Assembly: GCA_964630915.1 (NCBI GenBank)
Contig: CAZVYK010000001.1
Coordinates: 915,050-979,049, forward strand
Origin: an uncultured Caldisericales bacterium
GTDB taxonomy: Bacteria > Caldisericota > Caldisericia > Caldisericales > Caldisericaceae
DNA: 64,000 nt
Reading direction: 5' to 3'
The notes below the pieces were generated by a model. It was not told the DNA's origin, made no database searches, and saw nothing but the letters and a program-made list of their open reading frames with translations. A program made the position numbers and the translations under genes. The stretch's first letter is position 1; every line of letters begins with the position of its first letter. This document shows, piece by piece, positions 18,724-28,234 of the stretch.

Positions 18724-19491
18724 ATGAAAGCAAAAGTAGCATTAGTCTTATCGCTTGTTTTTGTCCTTCTATTTGTTGGATTTGCAGGATGCAAGAAAGA
18801 GGCGACTCCGAAAGTCCTGAAAGTCGGAACGTCTGCAGATTACCCTCCATTCGAATATGTTGATGAATCCACGAAAGAGTTTGTCGGATTTGATCTTGAC
18901 CTCATGAGGATTATCGGAAAGAAGATGGGCTACGACTCTGTCGAAATAGTTAACATGGATTTTGACTCCATTATTCCAGCTCTTGGAACAGACAAGATAG
19001 ATGTTGCTGCAGCCTGCATAACGATCACAAGCGACAGGCTTCAGCAAGCAGATGCAGTGGAGTATCTCTCAACGGGGCAGTCAATCCTTGTAAAAAAGGA
19101 TAACACCTTTGACCCGAAATCATTCAGCGATCTTTCCGGCAAGAAAGTTGGCGTGCAGAAGGGGACTACAGGCGAGAACGCGCTTGATGATGCGATTGCA
19201 AACGGAGAGGCAAACTCAGTCGATGTAAGAAGGTACACTTCAGTCGTACTTGCAATGCTTGACCTGGAGAACGGGGCAATTGATGCTGTCATCATTGACA
19301 CTCCAGTTGCGAACTTCTACGCAGGAAAGGGCACTTACAGGATGACTGCTGAGGTTGTCTCTGAAACAGCAGGTCTTTTCGTAAAGAAAGGAAATACTGA
19401 ACTTCTCAACAAGCTTAGCACGGCTTTGAGCCAGGTCAAGAATTCTGACGACTGGAAAGCTCTGCTTGAGAAGTACTTCGGCGGAAGCTAG
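18724..19491 (+). CDS. Polar amino-acid ABC transporter substrate-binding lipoprotein
   Basis: Lipobox LLFVGFAGC. SBP_bac_3-like fold motifs (DLDLM, DVAAACITIT, TTGEN). Confidence 0.8.
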   Translation: MKAKVALVLSLVFVLLFVGFAGCKKEATPKVLKVGTSADYPPFEYVDESTKEFVGFDLDLMRIIGKKMGYDSVEIVNMDFDSIIPALGTDKIDVAAACITITSDRLQQADAVEYLSTGQSILVKKDNTFDPKSFSDLSGKKVGVQKGTTGENALDDAIANGEANSVDVRRYTSVVLAMLDLENGAIDAVIIDTPVANFYAGKGTYRMTAEVVSETAGLFVKKGNTELLNKLSTALSQVKNSDDWKALLEKYFGGS

Positions 19492-19496
19492 AATTC

Positions 19497-20162
19497 GTGA
19501 AAGGTTTTGACCTTACAATCCTTCTAAACCCGGGGAACCTTGCATTTATCCTCGGGGGAGTGGGTAATACTATTTTTCTTACTCTTGCTTCTGTCAGTCT
19601 TGGCTTTGCAGCTGGAAGCGTATTTGCATTCGGGGAGGTATATTTGCCTCCCCCGTTTTCGTATTTCTTCAGGGCAGTTGGTGAAGTATTCAGGGGGATA
19701 CCTCTCATGCTCCTGTTCCTTGTCCTCTATTTCGGGTTGAAGCTTCCCATGTTTGCTTCTGCTCTTCTCGGGCTGGGCATAAGAAGTGCAGCTTACCAGG
19801 GACAGATATTCAGAAGCGCACTTGAGGCTGTAAGCCTCGGACAGCTGCATGCGGGATTGAGTCTCGGCATGACAAAGCCGCAGGTTTTTAAAGAGATACT
19901 TCTGCCGCAGGCTATCAGGATCATGGTGCCAGGCTGGTCAAATGAGTTCATAACAGTCCTGAAGGATACTTCGATTGCTTTTGTCATCGGCGTTGCCGAG
20001 GTGATGACGAAGGCAGACCTCATCGCGAGGACCCTGGGAAGATACCTTGAAATCTACATATTCATTGCCCTTCTGTACTTTGCGCTGGTGAGGTTCTCGA
20101 CCTTTGTTCTCAACAGGATTTACGAGAAGCACAGGATTCCAGGATTAGGAGAGAAAAGATGA
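19497..20162 (+). CDS. Amino-acid ABC transporter permease (HisM/GlnP type)
   Basis: EAA-loop region ..LGMTKPQVFKEILLPQAIRIMVPGW. Confidence 0.8.
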   Translation: MKGFDLTILLNPGNLAFILGGVGNTIFLTLASVSLGFAAGSVFAFGEVYLPPPFSYFFRAVGEVFRGIPLMLLFLVLYFGLKLPMFASALLGLGIRSAAYQGQIFRSALEAVSLGQLHAGLSLGMTKPQVFKEILLPQAIRIMVPGWSNEFITVLKDTSIAFVIGVAEVMTKADLIARTLGRYLEIYIFIALLYFALVRFSTFVLNRIYEKHRIPGLGEKR

Positions 20163-20899
20163 AAGAGGTTTTGAGAGTAGAGGAACTCAAGAAGGCTTTC
20201 CACAAGACAGAGGTGCTCAAGGGAGTGAACTTCTCCATAAACGAGGGAGAGACAAAGGTTATCATAGGCCCGAGTGGTGGAGGCAAAAGCACTCTCCTTT
20301 ACTGCATCAACCACCTGGTAAAGCCAGATTCTGGGAGAATATTCCTCGATGGTATTGACGTAACACAGGGACACATACACGAAGTACGCCAGAAAATAGG
20401 GTTTGTGTTCCAGTATTTTAACCTTTTCATGCACCTTACTGCAATCGACAACGTAAGGATAGGACCTGTAAAGGTAAAGAGGATGCCTAAAGAAGAGGCG
20501 ACAAGGATTGCCCAGAATAGCCTCAAACTTGTAGGAATAAGCGAGAACCTGTGGGACCACTACCCTGCGCAGCTGAGCGGGGGGCAGCAGCAGAGGGTTG
20601 CCATTGCAAGGGCGATAGCAATGAATCCGAGAGTCATACTCTTTGACGAGCCAACGAGCGCTCTTGACGTTGAGCTTATCGGAGAAGTACTAAAGGCTAT
20701 GAAAGACCTCGCGCTGAAGGGAATGACGATGGTTGTGGTGACGCACGAGCTCGAGTTTGCTATGGATGTCGCAAATGAAATCATATTCCTGGAGAACGGA
20801 GTTGTAAGGGAGCAGGGGCCTCCGAAGGAGATCATCCTTCACCCGAAAACAGAGAGACTCCAGAAGTTTTTAAGCAGGCTTAACAAAGAGGAATCATAG
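20159..20899 (+). CDS. Amino-acid ABC transporter ATP-binding protein
   Basis: Walker A GPSGGGKST, LSGGQQQRVAIARA signature, Walker B ILFDEPTSALD, H-loop VTHE. Confidence 0.9.
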   Translation: MKEVLRVEELKKAFHKTEVLKGVNFSINEGETKVIIGPSGGGKSTLLYCINHLVKPDSGRIFLDGIDVTQGHIHEVRQKIGFVFQYFNLFMHLTAIDNVRIGPVKVKRMPKEEATRIAQNSLKLVGISENLWDHYPAQLSGGQQQRVAIARAIAMNPRVILFDEPTSALDVELIGEVLKAMKDLALKGMTMVVVTHELEFAMDVANEIIFLENGVVREQGPPKEIILHPKTERLQKFLSRLNKEES

Positions 20900-20902
20900 A
20901 AA

Positions 20903-21586
20903 ATGCAGAGTTTTGGAATGATTTTCGAGCGCTTTGGCGGGATGCTATTCAAGGGATTCATGCTTACGATGGAAATAACGCTGTTCGCGATCCTGATCGG
21001 AATTTTGCTCGGCTTTACGCTTGCAGTGATGAAAATATACGGTGCAAAGCCACTTAAGTGGCTCGCAACGGGATACATAGAGCTCATAAGGGGAACTCCC
21101 ATGATTGTACAGCTCTTCATCATATATTTCGGTCTTCCCTCAAGCGGCTTGGTGAGGTTCACGCCAATGCAGGCAGCAATCATAGGAATGGGGCTCAACA
21201 GTGCAGCATACCAAGCGGAGTATTTCAGGACAGCTTTTCTTGCAATTCCTACAGGGCAAACTGATGCCGCCCTGAGCCTTGGCATGACAAGAACCGGGCT
21301 GATTTTCAACATACTCATTCCGCAAATTTTGAGGATAGTTATTCCTTCATGGACAAACGAGCTCATTGCGCTCACGCAGTATTCAAGTCTTGCAATGGTT
21401 CTCACGGTGATGGAGCTTACAAGCGTTGCAAAATACATCGGAAGCAAGACTTTTCTGTACATACAGGCTTTCTCACTAGCAAGCGTCATTTATCTTGCGA
21501 TCTCTCTTGTTTTAACAAGGCTCATGCTTTTCTTTGAGAGGAAGCTTTCCATTCCAGGCGTATCAGTAGCTCACACGAGAATCTGA
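20903..21586 (+). CDS. Amino-acid ABC transporter permease (second TMD)
   Basis: LSLGMTRTGLIFNILIPQILRIVIPSW EAA region. Paralogous to 19497-20162. Confidence 0.8.
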   Translation: MQSFGMIFERFGGMLFKGFMLTMEITLFAILIGILLGFTLAVMKIYGAKPLKWLATGYIELIRGTPMIVQLFIIYFGLPSSGLVRFTPMQAAIIGMGLNSAAYQAEYFRTAFLAIPTGQTDAALSLGMTRTGLIFNILIPQILRIVIPSWTNELIALTQYSSLAMVLTVMELTSVAKYIGSKTFLYIQAFSLASVIYLAISLVLTRLMLFFERKLSIPGVSVAHTRI

Positions 21587-21588
21587 AA

Positions 21589-22188
21589 CTATTTCTTGAG
21601 TCTCTTGAAGAATCTCACAACGAGTGACGGGAATCCCTTTTTAACTAATCCCGTCACCGAGGTTACTTGTTTCTTATCGAGGAGATCCTCGTCAAACTTC
21701 GCAATAGCTTCAAGAGGAAGCCTATCTGGAGCTATCGGAAACTCTGCAGGATACCCGAACGCAATTAAACCTATAATCCTCTGTTTTTCATCAAGGTTCA
21801 AGAGTTTCTTTATCCTTTTCTCTCTGAATGCGCCTATGTAGCAGCTCCCGATGCCAATTGAAGATGCTTCAAGCATCATGTTTTGAGCACAGAGAGCGCA
21901 GTCAGTCTCGACAAAACGGTGCTTCCTGTCAGTGTAGATGACGATTATGAGGGCTGCCTCTGGAGCGAAAGTGTTGAGAAAGGCGAGCCTGCAATTGGAG
22001 CCTACCTCTTTGATTTTCTCCTCGCTTGTCAGGACAAAGAACCTCCAGGGCTGGTTGTTTTCAGCAGAAGGGGCAAATCGACCAGCTTCAAGTATCTTTA
22101 GGATATTTTCTCTTTCAATCTTTTGTTTCTTGTATTTTCTTACACTTCTTCTTTCCTTGATTAGCTTAAGGATATCTTCATTAGCCAC
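21589..22188 (-). CDS. Nitroreductase-family flavoprotein
   Basis: IKERRSVRKY N-terminal FMN-binding motif, ~200 aa. Confidence 0.8.
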   Translation of the reverse strand: MANEDILKLIKERRSVRKYKKQKIERENILKILEAGRFAPSAENNQPWRFFVLTSEEKIKEVGSNCRLAFLNTFAPEAALIIVIYTDRKHRFVETDCALCAQNMMLEASSIGIGSCYIGAFREKRIKKLLNLDEKQRIIGLIAFGYPAEFPIAPDRLPLEAIAKFDEDLLDKKQVTSVTGLVKKGFPSLVVRFFKRLKK

Positions 22189-22302
22189 GCTTACCCCCCA
22201 GAAAAGAGTCAGTCTGAGATTATGATACAGGATTCCTTTGATATGCCAAACTTTAAAGCTTGCTGCAGAGGTCTGGAAGGATTTTTGAAAAAACCTCTAC
22301 TG

Positions 22303-22332
22303 CAAAAAGAGAAGCTCTATTTGAGCTTCTCT
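22303..22332 (-). terminator. Rho-independent terminator for the fab operon
   Basis: On the minus strand AGAGAAGCTC-AAATA-GAGCTTCTCT followed by TTTTT, 30 nt past the fabF stop. Confidence 0.6.
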
Positions 22333-22363
22333 TTGCAAAATTTATTGAAAATGGTAAGTCTGG

Positions 22364-23602
22364 CTACCCTTCGAACTTCTTGAAGACAAGGCAGTTGTTA
22401 TGCCCTCCAAAACCGAAGGAGTTCTTTAGTGCTACTTTCACTTCCTTCTCCCTTGCCTCATTCGGAACGTAGTCAAGGTCGCAGTCTGGGTCTTTCTCTG
22501 AGTAGTTGATTGTTGGGAAGACGACTCCTTTGTGGATTGTTAGCACCGTAGCAACGCTCTCAATAGCAGCTGCAGCTCCCAGCGAATGCCCTACCTGCGA
22601 TTTTGTTGAAGTAACAGGGATAGTGTACGCTCTCTCTCCCAATAGCTGCTTTATTGCGAAAGTCTCGTTCTTGTCGTTTAGTGGCGTTGAAGTGCCATGA
22701 GTGTTCACGTAGTCAACATCGCTTGTATCGACTCCTGCATTCACGAGCGCCATTTTCATGCATCTTATGATTTGCTTTGCCTCGGGATCGGGTGCCGTGA
22801 TGTGGTAGGCGTCATTTGTTGTTCCGTATCCTGCGAGCTCTGCATAAATGCGTGCTCCCCTTTCACTTGCGTGCGTCAGAGATTCAAGAATGAGGATTCC
22901 TGCACCTTCCGCCATGATAAAGCCGTCCCTTCCCTTGTCGAAAGGTCTTGAAGCATGTTCGGGATCATCGTTTCTTCTTGAAAGTGCTCTCATCGAGGCG
23001 AAAGAGGCAATTCCAATTGAGGTTATTGGTGCTTCCGCACCGCCGGCAATTACGACGTCGAGGTCACCCCTTCTTATAGCAAGCAGCGCTTCGCCTATTG
23101 TTTTAGCTGAGGATGCGCAGGCTGCTACCGTTGCAAGTGTTTCTCCTTTGAGGCCGTACCTTAAGGCAATGTAGGCAGGGATTGCGTCTATTATCATCTG
23201 TGTTACAAGAAAGGGGCTTACCCTTGAAGGACCCTTTTCTTTCAGCGCGTAGATTTCCTTCTCAAGGGACATGATTCCTCCGATTCCGGAAGTAACGTAT
23301 ACGCCTATCCTTTCTCTGTCCTCGCTTTCTAGGTTAATCCCGGAATCTGCAATTGCTTCGCTGGCTGCTGCAAATGCGAACTGCTGTACCCTGTCTATGC
23401 GGTTTATATCCTTCTTCTCGAAGTAGTTTTCGGGATTGAAGTCCTTTACCTCCCCTGCAATTTGAACAGGGAATGTAGAAGCGTCAAAAAGCGTAATCTT
23501 GCCAATTCCGGATTTACCTTTTGAAAGCCCTTCAAAAAAAGAGGCAATGCCAGTCCCTATCGGGGACACAATGCCCAGTCCTGTTACGACAACTCTTTCC
23601 AT
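22364..23602 (-). CDS. fabF: 3-oxoacyl-ACP synthase II
   Basis: Active-site ACASS and HGTSTPLND, C-terminal NSFGFGGHN. Confidence 0.9.
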   Translation of the reverse strand: MERVVVTGLGIVSPIGTGIASFFEGLSKGKSGIGKITLFDASTFPVQIAGEVKDFNPENYFEKKDINRIDRVQQFAFAAASEAIADSGINLESEDRERIGVYVTSGIGGIMSLEKEIYALKEKGPSRVSPFLVTQMIIDAIPAYIALRYGLKGETLATVAACASSAKTIGEALLAIRRGDLDVVIAGGAEAPITSIGIASFASMRALSRRNDDPEHASRPFDKGRDGFIMAEGAGILILESLTHASERGARIYAELAGYGTTNDAYHITAPDPEAKQIIRCMKMALVNAGVDTSDVDYVNTHGTSTPLNDKNETFAIKQLLGERAYTIPVTSTKSQVGHSLGAAAAIESVATVLTIHKGVVFPTINYSEKDPDCDLDYVPNEAREKEVKVALKNSFGFGGHNNCLVFKKFEG

Positions 23603-23613
23603 ACAAACCTCCT

Positions 23614-24369
23614 TTATCTAAGTGACAGGCCACCGTCTACAACGATTACCTGTCCTGTTATGTACGATGCAAGTGGTGAAGCAAGAAACACGACAATTCC
23701 TGCAATATCTTCCGGCTTTCCTGCCCTTTTGCAGAGAGTCCTTTCAGTGTAAGTTTTTATTATTTCCTCTGGAAGCGTTGCTGTCATGTCTGTCTCAATA
23801 AAACCAGGAGCAACAAGGTTTACTGTTACGTTCCTTGAACCGTACTCAATCGCAACGGCTTTCGTAAAGCCGATTAGTCCGGACTTAGCGGCAACGTAGT
23901 TTGCCTGCCCTGCGTTTCCAGTGATACCAACAACTGATCCTATGTTTATTATTTTTCCTTCTCTGTTTCTTATCATGTATTTCAATGAGTGTTTTGTCAT
24001 GTGGAAAGCGCCCTTCAGATTCGTATCCATGACCCTGTCCCAGTCTTCAGATGTCATTCTCATGAGAATTCCGTCTCTTGCTATTCCAGCGTTGTTGACG
24101 AGAATGTCAATCCTTCCGAACTCTTTGAATACTCTGTCAATCGTCTCCTTTACATCATCTTCGTTACTAACATCGCACTTCAGTGCAAGTGCATTTCTTC
24201 CCATTTCCTTTATTGCACTTTCGACCTTACCAGCTTCTTCCGAGGACCTTGAGTATATCAATGCGATATCTGCTCCTGCCCGGGCAAGGGCTACTGCAAT
24301 TGCTCTTCCTATTCCCCTCGAGCCGCCAGTCACGATAGCTTTCTTTCCCGAAAGGTCAATTTCAAGCAT
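23614..24369 (-). CDS. fabG: 3-oxoacyl-ACP reductase (SDR)
   Basis: KKAIVTGGSRGIGRAIA, NNAGI, YVAAKSG. Start set at MLEIDLSG overlapping the fabD stop. Confidence 0.85.
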   Translation of the reverse strand: MLEIDLSGKKAIVTGGSRGIGRAIAVALARAGADIALIYSRSSEEAGKVESAIKEMGRNALALKCDVSNEDDVKETIDRVFKEFGRIDILVNNAGIARDGILMRMTSEDWDRVMDTNLKGAFHMTKHSLKYMIRNREGKIINIGSVVGITGNAGQANYVAAKSGLIGFTKAVAIEYGSRNVTVNLVAPGFIETDMTATLPEEIIKTYTERTLCKRAGKPEDIAGIVVFLASPLASYITGQVIVVDGGLSLR

Positions 24370-25261
24370 TGAAGACCTCCTCAGAGGTTGTGACCTTGAC
24401 ACCCTGTATGATCCTGGAAATAAGGCCCTTGAGCACATTCTTGGGCCCCACTTCGTAGAATTCAATAACTCCCATGTCTCTCATCGAGATTACGGAGTCG
24501 AACCACCTAACTCCGCTTGTTAGCTGGGCTTTCAGGTTCTGTTTTATCACTTCCGTTTCTGTTTCAGGTCTTGCTGAAACGTTCTGCACAACAGGTATTT
24601 TAGGTTTGCTGAAGCTGGAGCTGTCTATTGCCTCTGACATCTCCTTCACGACGGGTTCCATGAGAGGTGAGTGGAATGCGGCTGATACTTCCAGGGGCCT
24701 TACAAGCCTTGCTCCGAGTGTTTTTGCAAGAGACTCTGCCTCCGCTATTGCTGATATCTCTCCCGAAAGGACAAACTGGTCCTGCGCATTGTGGTTTGCA
24801 AGCACAATAGTGCCCTTGATTCTTGACTTTTCTAGAAGCTCCTCGACTTTTTCTCTTTCCATGCCAACGACTGCAAGCATCTTCCCTGGCTTGAGAGTGT
24901 TTGCCTGCTTCATAAGTCTTCCTCTTAGTGATGTGAGCTTCAGTCCGTCTTCAAATGAAATAACGCCTGCTGAGTAAAGCGCGGAATACTCTCCTAGGCT
25001 GTGTCCCGCAACAATTGAAGGAGTGATCCCTTTCTCCTTGAGCAAGCTGTCGAAAACTGCAGAAACTGTAAAAAGAGCTGGTTGGGTTATGTCGGTTGAG
25101 GTGAGTTTTTCCTGGGGCCCGTTTTCACATATTTCCATCAGTTCGTATTCCAGTATTTCGCCTGCTTTTCTGAAGAAAGCAGTTTTGATTTCGCATTCAG
25201 GGATCTTTCTTGTCATTCCCACGTATTGCGATCCCTGCCCAGGGAAAACAAATGCATTCAT
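24362..25261 (-). CDS. fabD: Malonyl-CoA-ACP transacylase
   Basis: MNAFVFPGQGSQYVGM, GHSLGEYSAL. Confidence 0.85.
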   Translation of the reverse strand: MNAFVFPGQGSQYVGMTRKIPECEIKTAFFRKAGEILEYELMEICENGPQEKLTSTDITQPALFTVSAVFDSLLKEKGITPSIVAGHSLGEYSALYSAGVISFEDGLKLTSLRGRLMKQANTLKPGKMLAVVGMEREKVEELLEKSRIKGTIVLANHNAQDQFVLSGEISAIAEAESLAKTLGARLVRPLEVSAAFHSPLMEPVVKEMSEAIDSSSFSKPKIPVVQNVSARPETETEVIKQNLKAQLTSGVRWFDSVISMRDMGVIEFYEVGPKNVLKGLISRIIQGVKVTTSEEVFNA

Positions 25262-25443
25262 GCTTGCCTCCTTTTGTGCTGAAACTTTAAGCTGTCTTAC
25301 GTATATATAATACTAAAATATTCAGTTTCCAAAAAAATCAAAAAACCTCCGTTTTTTGAGATTTCTCAATACGTGTTGAATGTTGTAAACGTCTTCTGGA
25401 ACTTTTAAAAATCCAGGGCAGTCTAAAATCAAAGAGGTGCAAA

Positions 25444-25830
25444 GTGAAACAAAAAAGACAGCTTCTGGTTGTTGGGTTTATTCTTATCGCTGCCATACTG
25501 TGGCCAATTATTGCAAATCTGAGCGGAAGGCTTAAGGGTGAGTCCCGTACGATTGAAGTTAGAGCAGGAGATCTTTTTGAAATCGCCCTTGAGGAAAACC
25601 CATCCACAGGCTACAGCTGGGTCTATGAAATTGAGGATGCGTCAGTTGCAAAAATTGAGAGTGACGACTACATAGCGTCGGAGAGCGGTGCTCTTGGAGC
25701 TAAGGGCAAGAGGAAATTTATCCTTAGGGCTGTTTCAGAAGGCACCTGCGAGATTGTCTTCAAGTACGTGAGAAGCTGGGAAGACAAAGAACCCGAATCA
25801 ACCGTTAGGTACGTCATAAAGGTAAGATAG
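25444..25830 (+). CDS. Chagasin-family (I42) cysteine-protease inhibitor, membrane-anchored or secreted
   Basis: N-terminal hydrophobic segment. ENPSTGYSWVYE matches the chagasin NPTTGY(R/S)W loop. Confidence 0.7.
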   Translation: MKQKRQLLVVGFILIAAILWPIIANLSGRLKGESRTIEVRAGDLFEIALEENPSTGYSWVYEIEDASVAKIESDDYIASESGALGAKGKRKFILRAVSEGTCEIVFKYVRSWEDKEPESTVRYVIKVR

Positions 25831-25874
25831 ATTTCTGTCCTCCTTCTTTGGGCTCCTCCTTGTGAGGAGCTTTT

Positions 25875-27185
25875 TTACTTGAGCCTTTGCCTGAGGTAGT
25901 ACGACGCAATCTGTATGTAGGTGTTCCTCGAGCTCTTCAGTTCAACTGCTTTTTCAAAATATGCACCTTTTCTAAAATCAGCGTTCAGGATATTTTTGCA
26001 GGGCTCTTTCTCAAGCTCTGGTAAAAACCTCCGTATGTATTCGCACTCAGGGTCGTATTTTGCAGCCTGGAGAACCGGGTTGAAGACCCTGAAGTAAGGT
26101 GCTGCATCCATCCCGCAGCCTGCAACCCACTGCCAGTTTCCTGCATTTTCTGCGTAATCGTAATCGAGCAGAAATCTCCTGAAAAGCCTCTCGCCCCTTC
26201 TCCAGTCAATAAGAAGGTTCTTTGTGAGAAAGCTTGCCACAACAAGGCGCACTCTGTTGTGCATGAATCCAGTATGTTTCAGCTCTCTCATGCCTGCGTC
26301 TACAAGCGGGTAGCCTGTCTTGCCTTCCGACCACAGCTCGAAGAGCTTCTCGTTTTGCTGCCAGGGAAAGTCTCTCCAGGATTCCTTTATTTCCCAATTG
26401 TCAATTTCGCGGAATTTAAATGCAAGGTGCCTGTTAAATTCGCTCCAGGCAATTTCTGAAACAAACTTTGGAGACTTCTTGCCTTCAAGGAAAACGTGTC
26501 TGTAAGAAACAAGACCGACCCTCAAAAGTACAGAAGCCCTGGAAGTTGCATCCCTTGAAGGGAAGTCTCTCAGTTTTTCGTAATTGTTGAGCTTGTTTTT
26601 AACGAAGTTTTCAAAGGCTTCAACGGCACTTTCCTCAGAAGATGGAAAAGAAAAATCCTCCTCCTCTTCCTTGAGTACAATTTCCCTTACTGCATAGGTC
26701 CCTGTATTGATCCTTTCAGGCCTTTTATATACCTTAATTGGAAAGGACGTATCAACGAGAAATTTCTTTGCGAAGAACTGCCTGAAGTTCGCAAAACCAC
26801 AAGGCTTTGAGTAATTCGTGAGGAAGTCGTTTATGAGAGTGAACTTCACGGCTTTTTTGAGGCATGTCTGCTTGATTTCGGAAAACAGTGCCTGGCTCAC
26901 CCTGTCAACGTCAAACTGCATTCTCACCTCATCAGCTTTTGTCTTCTCGAGAAGTTCAGCAAAGTCTTCCTTTGATATCACGTAAAGGTGAGATCCAGCT
27001 TCGAAAAGACTCCTCGAGAAGTTCTTCAAAACCTTAAGGAAGTACTTTCTCAGGTTTGAGTCTCTTTCAAAGCCCTGCAGGTAATCAACGAGAAACACGG
27101 GAATGATTTCGTATTCCGAAAAGCCGTCGAGAATCGGGTTGTCATTAAGTCGTAGGTTTCTTGTGAAAATGCAAATTGCCTTCAT
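25875..27185 (-). CDS. Deoxyribodipyrimidine photolyase / cryptochrome family protein
   Basis: N-terminal MKAICIFTRNLRLNDNPIL (photolyase alpha/beta domain). C-terminal FAD-binding-7-like region with the W-rich motif WQWVAGCGMDAAPYFRVFNPVLQ. Confidence 0.75.
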   Translation of the reverse strand: MKAICIFTRNLRLNDNPILDGFSEYEIIPVFLVDYLQGFERDSNLRKYFLKVLKNFSRSLFEAGSHLYVISKEDFAELLEKTKADEVRMQFDVDRVSQALFSEIKQTCLKKAVKFTLINDFLTNYSKPCGFANFRQFFAKKFLVDTSFPIKVYKRPERINTGTYAVREIVLKEEEEDFSFPSSEESAVEAFENFVKNKLNNYEKLRDFPSRDATSRASVLLRVGLVSYRHVFLEGKKSPKFVSEIAWSEFNRHLAFKFREIDNWEIKESWRDFPWQQNEKLFELWSEGKTGYPLVDAGMRELKHTGFMHNRVRLVVASFLTKNLLIDWRRGERLFRRFLLDYDYAENAGNWQWVAGCGMDAAPYFRVFNPVLQAAKYDPECEYIRRFLPELEKEPCKNILNADFRKGAYFEKAVELKSSRNTYIQIASYYLRQRLK

Positions 27186-27220
27186 GGTAAATTTTACGCA
27201 TGCGGCGAATATAATGAAGT

Positions 27221-28165
27221 GTGATCTACGACTACGAAAAAAGACCCGTCGGTTTCAAAAGGGAAGTTCTTGATAAAAACGAAAGGTTCGTCAGAGCAAG
27301 AATCACTTACAGGAGCTTCCTTGAAAGCAGGCATCCAGAGGCGAACACTGTCGTTGCCTACACATTTGAGCCAGAAGACAGGAGTGTTAGCACTGCTGTT
27401 ATATTTCTTCATGGAATGGGAGAAAGAAATCTCGTGCCCCTGAGCTGGTTTCCAGAAAAGCTCGCTGAAAACGGAATCCTTTCTTACCTTCTTGTTCTTC
27501 CGTACCACTTCGAGCGCACTCCTTTAGGAATGAGATCCGGGAGGAAGTTTGTGACGGATGATATGGACGAAACGATTTTCGACTTCAGGCATGCTGTGAT
27601 TGACGTGAGAACTTCCATTGACCTCCTTGAGAGCTCTTACGGCGTTCATGACTTTGCAATCATGGGATTCAGCTTCGGCGGAATGGTTGCAGTTATTGCA
27701 ATGGGTGTTGAAAGGAGAGTCTCAAAGGGCATTTTTGTTGTGACGGGAGGCAATTTCTACTACACGACCTGGTTCAGCCCGGCAATGAAGGAGATGAGGT
27801 TGAAGTACAGGGATCGCCCCGAATACTCAGTATATGGTTGTAGCAAAGAGAAATGCGGAAAGATACACATGAACTACGAGAGGATGCTTGAGGGTATTGA
27901 AAGCCCGGAGCAAGTGGAAAGTGCAAGTTTCCCTAAAGACTGCTTCCTTTTTGACCCTCTCACTTTTGCACCTCTTTTAAAGGGGAGAAAACTTCTTTTC
28001 TTCCAGGCACTATTCGACGAGGTCATTCCGAAAAAAGCTTCTGATATGCTCTGGAAGTGGATGGGCAAGCCTGAAAGACATTTTCTCTTTTCAGGCCACT
28101 TTCTTTCAATCCTTTATAGAAGAAAGATTCTCAAAGAAACACTAAAGCTTTTACTTTCGAGATAA
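27221..28165 (+). CDS. Alpha/beta hydrolase (dienelactone-hydrolase-like)
   Basis: VIFLHGMGE ... MGFSFGG nucleophile elbow. GTG start. Confidence 0.5.
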   Translation: MIYDYEKRPVGFKREVLDKNERFVRARITYRSFLESRHPEANTVVAYTFEPEDRSVSTAVIFLHGMGERNLVPLSWFPEKLAENGILSYLLVLPYHFERTPLGMRSGRKFVTDDMDETIFDFRHAVIDVRTSIDLLESSYGVHDFAIMGFSFGGMVAVIAMGVERRVSKGIFVVTGGNFYYTTWFSPAMKEMRLKYRDRPEYSVYGCSKEKCGKIHMNYERMLEGIESPEQVESASFPKDCFLFDPLTFAPLLKGRKLLFFQALFDEVIPKKASDMLWKWMGKPERHFLFSGHFLSILYRRKILKETLKLLLSR

Positions 28166-28234
28166 AAATCTCGCCTTCTAACGATAATGCGAGCACTTGT
28201 GGTATAATATCTGCAATTTTTTAGGAGGTATCCC

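Noticed and set aside
20839-21489. 216-aa minus-strand ORF within the second amino-acid permease gene
   Set aside because: It is antisense to a conserved ABC permease with its EAA loop intact, so it is spurious.
23921-24977. 200-aa and 167-aa plus-strand ORFs inside fabG/fabD
   Set aside because: They are antisense to strongly conserved FabG and FabD coding sequences. Their low-complexity Ser-rich products are spurious.
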